From: Candidatus Woesearchaeota archaeon
GTDB lineage: Archaea > Nanobdellota > Nanobdellia > Woesearchaeales > GW2011-AR4
Assembly: GCA_016192985.1 (NCBI GenBank)
Contig: JACPTC010000064.1
Span: 1 to 22,802 of the forward strand
Reading direction: 5' to 3'
DNA length: 22,802 bases
In this document: in pieces, positions 16,946 through 22,802 of the stretch
Numbering within the stretch: the first letter of the stretch is position 1
Layout of the letters: every line of letters starts with the position of its first letter
Program-made: the position numbers and the translations under genes
Notes under the pieces: generated by a model
What the model was told of the DNA's origin: nothing
What the model saw: the letters and a program-made list of their open reading frames with translations, nothing else
Databases searched by the model: none

Positions 16946-17464
16946 TTATTCTGCTTTTAATTTCTGTTCTTTTGAATCGTTTGCGAGATTTATAGGATGA
17001 ATCAACTTTATATTAGGCTCTTCTTCAATGGAAACTAAATATGATGGAGTGGTTATCTTCCTATCACCAACTGCTACGTGCTCATGGGTTATAATCTGCC
17101 TTGCCTGCAGCATAGTTTTTGCTATCTGTTTCCTTACAACCAATGTCTGCAGCCTTCTCTCCAAAATATCTTTCAGTTTAAGGTTTAGCACCTCTTCAAC
17201 CTTTGAATCTTTTTTTAATAAGCCCAATAAATAAAGCCTGTCCAATAACTGCTTCTTTTCCAGCTCTGATTGCAGAGTTCTTTCCCCTATAACTGTTTTT
17301 GCTCTGTGGAGGAATTTCTTTAGCATAGAATCCATTTTCCAAATTTCGTACTTTCTTCTCAGGCCATAATGCTTTAGTATTTCTTTCTCAGATTCAATCC
17401 TGTCTTTCTGCCAAGGATGGCTTGGCTTTGAAAATTTCTTTCTTTGTTTTCTTGGATCTCCCAT
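16946..17464 (-). CDS. rps4: 30S ribosomal protein S4 (uS4)
   Basis: The N-terminus [18 protein letters not shown] and the S4 RNA-binding domain ([42 protein letters not shown]) match uS4. Confidence 0.9.
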   Translation of the reverse strand: MGDPRKQRKKFSKPSHPWQKDRIESEKEILKHYGLRRKYEIWKMDSMLKKFLHRAKTVIGERTLQSELEKKQLLDRLYLLGLLKKDSKVEEVLNLKLKDILERRLQTLVVRKQIAKTMLQARQIITHEHVAVGDRKITTPSYLVSIEEEPNIKLIHPINLANDSKEQKLKAE

Positions 17465-17465
17465 T

Positions 17466-17951
17466 TTAGACTCTGCCTGCTCTTGTTCCTTCTTTTCTCT
17501 TAACTCCGAGCACTTTTCCCTTGTTTTTCCTGAAGTTTGATCTTGTTCTCTGGCCTCTGACAGGCAATCCCAGCGAATGCCTTACTCCTTTATAGGATTT
17601 TATTTTTTTCATCATCTTTATGTCATTATCTTGGGTAAATGTCAATGCCGAGCCTATCAAATGCTTGTCTGCGCCGTCTTCAGGGTCTTTCTTTCTGTTG
17701 AAGAACCATGACGGAATTCCAAATTTCGCAGGCTCTTTTATAATATCATCAATTTTAGCAGCCTCTTCCTCTGTAAGGTAGCCTGTCTTTTTTGCTTTTT
17801 GAATTTTGGCAACATTGCATATAGCATTAGAAAACATAAAGCTGATGCCCTTTATCTTGGTCAGCGCATTGTGCAGCAGCTTATTTCCATCCAAGTCTGT
17901 GTTTGCAATCCTGACAAAATACTTCAGTTCTTGTTTTTGCTCTTCTGGCAT
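17466..17951 (-). CDS. rps13: 30S ribosomal protein S13 (uS13)
   Basis: VRIANTDLDGNK...KGISFMFSNAIC...YKGVRHSLGLPVRGQRTRSN is the uS13 signature. It is the first gene of the operon. Confidence 0.95.
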   Translation of the reverse strand: MPEEQKQELKYFVRIANTDLDGNKLLHNALTKIKGISFMFSNAICNVAKIQKAKKTGYLTEEEAAKIDDIIKEPAKFGIPSWFFNRKKDPEDGADKHLIGSALTFTQDNDIKMMKKIKSYKGVRHSLGLPVRGQRTRSNFRKNKGKVLGVKRKEGTRAGRV

Positions 17952-17975
17952 TTTAATGAATTTATTGTTTACATT

Positions 17976-17999
17976 AATTATAAATAAATTATAAATAAA
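17976..17999 (-). promoter_or_regulatory. Tandem TATA-like elements for the S13 operon (leaderless spacing)
   Basis: The minus strand reads TTTATTTATAAT twice in tandem. The proximal copy is centred about 27-30 nt upstream of ATG 17951. Confidence 0.4.
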
Positions 18000-18250
18000 A
18001 CCGAGAAATAGGGCTTATTTTGCAACCCTAAAGCGCTCTGTTGAACTCGGGCTTATTTGTAGAGAACGGGATACTATGGCTATTTAAAAAGGTTACTGAT
18101 TTTTTGCTTTTTGCCTAGGCCTGGATTTTGGAATCCGAAGATTCTTATAAGCAATGCACACCTAAGCATGCATCGCCTCCCAGGAAGCCCCAAAAGCGTA
18201 TTTCTAATTAAACTTATTATTTGTAAACTTATAAATTTTATTATAAAACC

Positions 18251-19189
18251 CTAAACCAATAGCACAATCAAATATCCAATAAAACACCCGATGCTTAAAA
18301 CAGGCATTGCCGGATAAAACTTGTTGTGCTGGCCTTTAACCAATAAGAGTAGCAATGCAGCGCTTACACAAACAGGTATTATCAGAGTTTTAAAAAACCC
18401 TATAAGCACTGCTTCATTAAGCATCAGCCCTTTCATAACAACACCAGCAAATATCAGCGTAAACCCTATATCGCCGCCGCCAAGAACTGCTACTGAGCTG
18501 CGTGAACTGCTCTTTTGCTCGCTAGTCAATCTTGATTTTTCCGCTTTTGTTCCTGTCTTTGCTGTTGATTCCCCGACAATTACCCTGTCTTTTTGGTACG
18601 GAATGAATATTCCCGCAAAAACCTTTGAATTTGACTGGAATTTCGCCAGCTTTATCATGTGCCCTGTTTTGAAAACAGCAATAAAATCATAAACTGAAAT
18701 AACTATCAGGAGCATAAAAGCGGCAAATAAGTTGATGATTGGCACAAATATTGCAGCCAATCCTCCGTAAATGAAGATTTCAGAAATATTTTGTATCAGC
18801 ACATTAGGCTTGTGCAGTTTCAAGATGGACAGAGCCAAAGCAAGGGCTGCTGCAGCAATGCTGTTGACAAATGCTGCAAATGCAATTGAAAGCGTGAGCC
18901 ACACAGTTGCAAAAAACCAAAGCTTCCATATCAAAGGCTTGTTGAATTTTATTAAAAGCAAAACCAAAAGCGTTCCAAAAATTATTGCGATTGTTATGTA
19001 GATGAAAGAATAGGACTCATTTTCAACTTCAGGCCTTTCAAGATTGTACGGCAATGGCTGCCACTCGACTTTTTTTGTCTCAGCTGTTTTCTTATGGTCT
19101 ATATAGTGGCTTATTATCACCAATCCCACTAACTGCGCTGTCAGGAAGAAAACCACCAAAGCAACAACAACTTTCAATGTGTGCTTCAT
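18251..19189 (-). CDS. Presenilin / signal-peptide-peptidase-type intramembrane aspartyl protease (peptidase A22 homologue)
   Basis: The polytopic protein carries the two catalytic motifs in TM helices, VISVYDFIAVF (YD) and AVLGGGDIGF (GxGD). A C-terminal PAL-like FYPAMPVLS follows. A hydrophilic Ser/Lys-rich loop separates the two motifs, as in archaeal PSH. Confidence 0.8.
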   Translation of the reverse strand: MKHTLKVVVALVVFFLTAQLVGLVIISHYIDHKKTAETKKVEWQPLPYNLERPEVENESYSFIYITIAIIFGTLLVLLLIKFNKPLIWKLWFFATVWLTLSIAFAAFVNSIAAAALALALSILKLHKPNVLIQNISEIFIYGGLAAIFVPIINLFAAFMLLIVISVYDFIAVFKTGHMIKLAKFQSNSKVFAGIFIPYQKDRVIVGESTAKTGTKAEKSRLTSEQKSSSRSSVAVLGGGDIGFTLIFAGVVMKGLMLNEAVLIGFFKTLIIPVCVSAALLLLLVKGQHNKFYPAMPVLSIGCFIGYLIVLLV

Positions 19190-19263
19190 CTAAAGTCTAA
19201 AATTGCATGTTTTAATAAAACTATGTTTTTTGCCATATTACATAAGATTAAAAGATTATATTT

Positions 19264-19484
19264 CTTATATAATAATATATTTTACTGTTTTAATAGGAAT
19301 TTTATCTTATATAATAAGTATTTAAACTTAAATAATAGGATATTATTCTTATATAATAAGTAAAATTTAAAAACTTCACACTATTTTTTCTTATATATTA
19401 AGATTATTCTCTTATTTAATAAGATTATAAATTTAATTTTTTAGCAAATAGAAAGATTTATATATTAATTTCTTACATAATAGG
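19264..19484. repeat. Phased array of a 13-bp palindromic motif CTTAT-NNN-ATAAG within the promoter-upstream region of the double-HTH gene
   Basis: The sites are 19264 CTTATATAATAAT, 19306 CTTATATAATAAG, 19348 CTTATATAATAAG, 19390 CTTATATATTAAG, 19411 CTTATTTAATAAG and a weaker 19472 CTTACATAATAGG. The first four starts are exactly 42 bp apart and the fifth follows at +21. The units at 19292-19322 and 19334-19364 also share flanks (AATAGGA..TTAT.CTTATATAATAAGTA). Confidence 0.7.
19452..19467 (+). promoter_or_regulatory. BRE/TATA-like promoter element AAAGATTTATATATTA, shared with the paralog at 22215-22230
   Basis: There is a 16/16 identical match between 19452-19467 and 22215-22230. Both lie upstream of paralogous genes. 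Confidence 0.5.
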
Positions 19485-19522
19485 ATAAAAAATAGGATAA
19501 AAAAGCAATAAAAGAGGCAAAG

Positions 19523-20044
19523 TTGGAAAAGAGTGAAAATATTGATTTAATTCTTTCAAAATTTAAAGAGCTTTCCAAGGAAGACAAAATTAGATTAACT
19601 TCTTATTTCATGGATGAGCTTAAAAAACTGCACGATGTTTCTGAGCATGAGGTATTTGGGAAAAAAGAACTCAGCATTCCTGTTGGCATTTTTGCAAATG
19701 ATGAGCTAAGCTCGCTTGAGTCAATTGTAAAATACATGAAAGAGGAATTGAAGCTCAGGTTTGCAAAGATTGCAAAACTGCTTAACAGAAGCAGCAAGAC
19801 AATATGGGCGACTTACAGAAATACTGCAAAAAAAATGTCATCTCCTTTTGGCGCAATGTCAAAAGAGATAATGATGCCTGTATCTGCCCTGTCAAACAGG
19901 TCTTACTCAACTCTTGAAAGTGTTGTGGGATTTATCAAGGATATTGGATTCTCAAACCACGAGGTTGCTGAAATGCTGCATCTCGATGACAGAACAATAT
20001 GGACAGTTTATCACAGAGTAAAGAAGAAAAGAGGCACTAGCTGA
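19523..20044 (+). CDS. Small protein made of two tandem helix-turn-helix (sigma-70 region-4 / LuxR-like) repeats
   Basis: The internal duplication is SIPVGIFANDELSSLESIVKYMKEELKLRFAKIAKLLNRSSKTIWATYRNTAKK versus MPVSALSNRSYSTLESVVGFIKDIGFSNHEVAEMLHLDDRTIWTVYHRVKKK. The start is a TTG preceded by AAGAGG, so start confidence is moderate. The stop overlaps the next ATG as TGATG. Confidence 0.6.
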   Translation: MEKSENIDLILSKFKELSKEDKIRLTSYFMDELKKLHDVSEHEVFGKKELSIPVGIFANDELSSLESIVKYMKEELKLRFAKIAKLLNRSSKTIWATYRNTAKKMSSPFGAMSKEIMMPVSALSNRSYSTLESVVGFIKDIGFSNHEVAEMLHLDDRTIWTVYHRVKKKRGTS

Positions 20045-22023
20045 TGCCAACAAACCTGCATAGAATTGAATTATTAATGCTTTTGATAGCTGGAATTATG
20101 GCAATTACAGGGCTTTATTACCTAGGCCCTTCAATAACAGCTTTTGTAATAAAAGAATCCAGTTACGCTGACGGCTTAAGCTTGGTTGTCACAGCAAACG
20201 GAAATTATACATGGCATCTTGGAAACGCAGGCAGCTTAAAGTCTGCAAAGATTAGCGGGAAAGTAACAACACATGGAAAGGCAAGAGTCTATCTTGAAAA
20301 TAATGGGCTCAGATATTTGATATTTGACAGCGCAAAGAATGAATCAAATGAAACAATCAATGCTTCCGGCAATTTGATAACTGGCTTTGCCGTCAAGGAT
20401 GAAGAAAGCGAGAGTGATAATGATAAGAAAAAGAAAAACAAAAAGCCAAAGTGGAGCGGGCCAGACGAATTTGTTGCAAATGGAACAGATTTAATCAACT
20501 TGTCACAATACTTTACTGATGAAGATGGAGATGCATTGGCTTATGCTGCTTCTGGAGCTGAAGGATTGAAACTTACAGTCAATAACGAAATAATAACATT
20601 AAAACCGATAAAAAACGAAAGCTTCAATACAACAATCACATTCACAGCATCTGATGGGATTGACATCAAAAGCCACACAGTTGATTTAATTGTTTTAATG
20701 AATGAGGAATTTATTGAGACTGAAAAAGCAAAAAATGAAACAAACCAATCATTAAACATCACAATAATAAGTGATGCTAATGCAACACAAGATATAAACA
20801 AAGTAATAGCAATAAACCTGAGCTATAACTCTGGAACAATTTACGATGCGAATGACAATGGCGAAGAAAGCGTCAATGGCGTTGTTGATGTTACAGTTGA
20901 AAATTCCATGCTCAGCTGGAATGCCGATGAAAGCAGGCTTTGCGCAAGATGGGAGCTTTATAGCATTGAAAATGACGCATTAACAACAACCTGCAACGGC
21001 AATCAAGACTGCTGCGCATTTTTGAATTTGCTGCCAACTGGCAACAGCTGGAGCGAGCCCTATTATGCAGTATTTGGCAAAGACAGCGCTTCTTACAGCA
21101 ACATAATCTCAGCCCAAGTAATGTATTATGATGTGAACATAAGCTTGGAAAATACAAAATCTGAAATCTATTATTCCGGATGGGGCAATTTAAGCGCAAA
21201 ATTTTTCGAAGAGGAGATTGAGTTTAATAGCTTTTGCATAGACACTTGCTCATTAAACGGCTTGAACAAAAGCTCTTATGACTTGGTTTTTGAGATTGAA
21301 AACAGCGCTGTTTTGAGAATAGACAAAATAGAATATGATATTCTGATTGATGCAAAAAACAAAGCGCCTTTGCTCCTGCAGAATTTCAGCGCTGTCCATA
21401 TAGGAAAAGATGGAAATGTTGTCATAAACCTTTCCCAATACTTTGCTGATCCTGACGGTGATGTTTTAAATTATAACCACTATAAGGCTGACAATATCAC
21501 AATATTATTTGACAAAAACACAGCAACTATAACGCATGACAGTGGCTTTGCAGGGGAAAGGCTTGTGTATATAGCTGCAAATGACTCTGAGCTTTCTGCA
21601 TTTTCAAACTTATTCCTTATTAATGTATCCGGCTTTGAAGCGGTTGATGTGGCATCAAATATTTCTCCACTTTATTTCTTTGAGATAAGGAACATTAAGG
21701 ACAACAAGCTTGCAGTGTTTGACAGCTTGGGCAACTTAAGGCTTAAGGGCACATTAAGCCAAAACATTGAGCCGATAGCTGATGAGAATGACTTTGCAAT
21801 ACAAAATTCAGATGGCTCATTAAATGCTGTAATTAAGAATCCTGAGGGCAATATGCTTATTAAAGGCAGCTTGAATGAAAACCAAAGCTTACTGATAGCA
21901 ACTCAAAATTCATTCATAATCCAAGACAAAAGCAATGAAACTGTTGCTTACATCAACAGCACAGGCAGCTTGTTTTTGAAAGGCGCTCTGACAGATAACG
22001 TGCTGTTCGAAGATTTTGCTTAG
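20044..22023 (+). CDS. Secreted/anchored repeat-containing surface glycoprotein candidate (adhesin or S-layer-like)
   Basis: An N-terminal hydrophobic anchor/signal is present (LLMLLIAGIMAITGLYYLG). I count about 25 N-x-S/T sequons. There are two cadherin/dystroglycan-like domains with the motif INLSQYF(T/A)D(E/P)DGD(A/V)L(A/N)Y at residues 151-167 and 461-477. A central Cys-rich module and three C-terminal ~35-aa repeats ending G(N/S)(L/M)x(L/I)KGxLxxN follow. Confidence 0.7.
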   Translation: MPTNLHRIELLMLLIAGIMAITGLYYLGPSITAFVIKESSYADGLSLVVTANGNYTWHLGNAGSLKSAKISGKVTTHGKARVYLENNGLRYLIFDSAKNESNETINASGNLITGFAVKDEESESDNDKKKKNKKPKWSGPDEFVANGTDLINLSQYFTDEDGDALAYAASGAEGLKLTVNNEIITLKPIKNESFNTTITFTASDGIDIKSHTVDLIVLMNEEFIETEKAKNETNQSLNITIISDANATQDINKVIAINLSYNSGTIYDANDNGEESVNGVVDVTVENSMLSWNADESRLCARWELYSIENDALTTTCNGNQDCCAFLNLLPTGNSWSEPYYAVFGKDSASYSNIISAQVMYYDVNISLENTKSEIYYSGWGNLSAKFFEEEIEFNSFCIDTCSLNGLNKSSYDLVFEIENSAVLRIDKIEYDILIDAKNKAPLLLQNFSAVHIGKDGNVVINLSQYFADPDGDVLNYNHYKADNITILFDKNTATITHDSGFAGERLVYIAANDSELSAFSNLFLINVSGFEAVDVASNISPLYFFEIRNIKDNKLAVFDSLGNLRLKGTLSQNIEPIADENDFAIQNSDGSLNAVIKNPEGNMLIKGSLNENQSLLIATQNSFIIQDKSNETVAYINSTGSLFLKGALTDNVLFEDFA

Positions 22024-22214
22024 CGATTTGGTTGAATAAATAACACAAATCGTGAATTTTTAAAACAATTTTTCGATTATTTTTCTTAGTTTTTTATAAC
22101 TTATAGCTTAATTTATTTATTTTCTATAATGAAAATAATTTAAAATTGATTTTCTGAACTAGCGATTAAGTTGAGTTTTAAACACAAAATAAGATTTTTA
22201 CCAACTTTAAATGA

Positions 22215-22250
22215 AAAGATTTATATATTAGTATATTAATTTATATATTA
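22215..22250 (+). promoter_or_regulatory. Two TTTATATATTA TATA-like boxes 20 bp apart upstream of the second double-HTH gene
   Basis: AAAGATTTATATATTA (22215-22230) is identical to 19452-19467. The second TTTATATATTA at 22240-22250 is centred about 27 nt before ATG 22272 (leaderless spacing). Confidence 0.45.
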
Positions 22251-22271
22251 AATTAGTTATTTGTATATCAA

Positions 22272-22802
22272 ATGGATATAGAGAAAAAGAGGGATATTAT
22301 TGGAGGCGAGCACGAAGAGCACTTTCTTATTGACATGTTTAGCCAGATTACAGAAAGGCTCAAGCAAAAATACAATTATTCTGACGAAGAAATTCTAAAG
22401 CTTTGGAATAATCAAGATAACCTATCAGTTCCCGTTGCTATATTTTCAGGAAAGCTGAGCCCTGCAGAAGCGCTTACTAAATTTCTAAAGGAAAATTATG
22501 AGATGGAGTATGATGACATAGCTAAATTGATTGGCAGAGACGAAAGAAGCGTTTGGGCAAACTACAAAAGGGCCGTAAAAAAAATGCCATGGCCGCTTCA
22601 GGTTAATGGCTCAATTTCAGTGCCTGCTTCTATATTCAATTCTCAAAAAAGCGTGCTTGAAGCCCTTGTGAGCTATCTCAAGGATGTCAAAAAACTGCGC
22701 AACAGGAAGATTGCAGAGCTGCTGAACAAAAACCCTGCAAACATCTGGACTGTGCACAACAGGTCAAAGAAGAAAGAGGATAATGGTAATAAAAATGAAT
22801 AA
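22272..22802 (+). CDS. Paralog of the double-HTH protein (two sigma-r4/LuxR-like repeats)
   Basis: SVPVAIFSGKLSPAEALTKFLKENYEMEYDDIAKLIGRDERSVWANYKRAVKK and SVPASIFNSQKSVLEALVSYLKDVKKLRNRKIAELLNKNPANIWTVHNRSKKK align motif-for-motif with the 19523 protein. The ORF is complete and its stop falls on the last base of the window. Confidence 0.6.
   Translation: MDIEKKRDIIGGEHEEHFLIDMFSQITERLKQKYNYSDEEILKLWNNQDNLSVPVAIFSGKLSPAEALTKFLKENYEMEYDDIAKLIGRDERSVWANYKRAVKKMPWPLQVNGSISVPASIFNSQKSVLEALVSYLKDVKKLRNRKIAELLNKNPANIWTVHNRSKKKEDNGNKNE

Noticed and set aside
18113-18195. The GC-rich segment might be a tRNA gene. A tRNA-Ser precedes S13 in some Euryarchaeota, as far as I recall.
   Set aside because: No cloverleaf could be drawn on either strand. 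There is no matching 7-bp acceptor pair, no GTTCRAATC-type T-loop, and the GGATT-TTGG-AATCC hairpin has the wrong loop. I kept it only as a generic ncRNA candidate.
19190-19522. The regularly spaced repeats might be a small CRISPR array or a replication origin (ORB/mini-ORB repeats around an AT-rich unwinding element).
   Set aside because: For CRISPR, the conserved element is only 13 bp and palindromic, the inter-repeat segments are themselves similar to each other (a tandem 42-bp unit), and no cas genes are present. For an origin, no orc1/cdc6 gene is adjacent and the motif does not resemble ORB consensus elements as I remember them. This cannot be fully excluded without genome-wide skew or marker-frequency data.

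Overview
This is an AT-rich archaeal chromosomal window, shown by an archaea-specific r-protein/RNA polymerase operon (S13-S4-S11-RpoD-tRNA-L18e-L13-S9), a presenilin-type protease and archaeal TATA-like promoters at leaderless spacing. A small-genome, DPANN-like lineage is my inference only. The window has four blocks. (1) 142-4480 is a very AT-rich accessory insert lying between glycosyltransferase genes. It holds a convergent RHH/PIN pair and a tightly coupled three-gene operon (79 aa, 651 aa, 308 aa) built around a MORC/Hsp90-type GHKL ATPase. I consider this operon the best candidate for an undescribed conflict/defence-type system. (2) 4493-12170 is a surface-glycan cluster with GT4, two GT2, two GT-C/PMT-like membrane transferases, a SAM methyltransferase and GDP-fucose synthase. 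(3) 12236-17951 is the ribosomal/RNAP operon, invaded by two low-GC LAGLIDADG-type homing-endonuclease genes. One abuts and reads through an intron-containing tRNA-Leu(GAG) and is bracketed by a 13/14-nt duplicate of the tRNA 5' end. The other sits directly after S9. (4) 18251-22802 holds a presenilin homologue, an exactly 42-bp phased array of a 13-bp palindrome, and a repeated cassette of internally duplicated double-HTH proteins flanking a heavily sequon-rich secreted repeat protein. All functional calls come from motif recognition by eye; no database search was possible.
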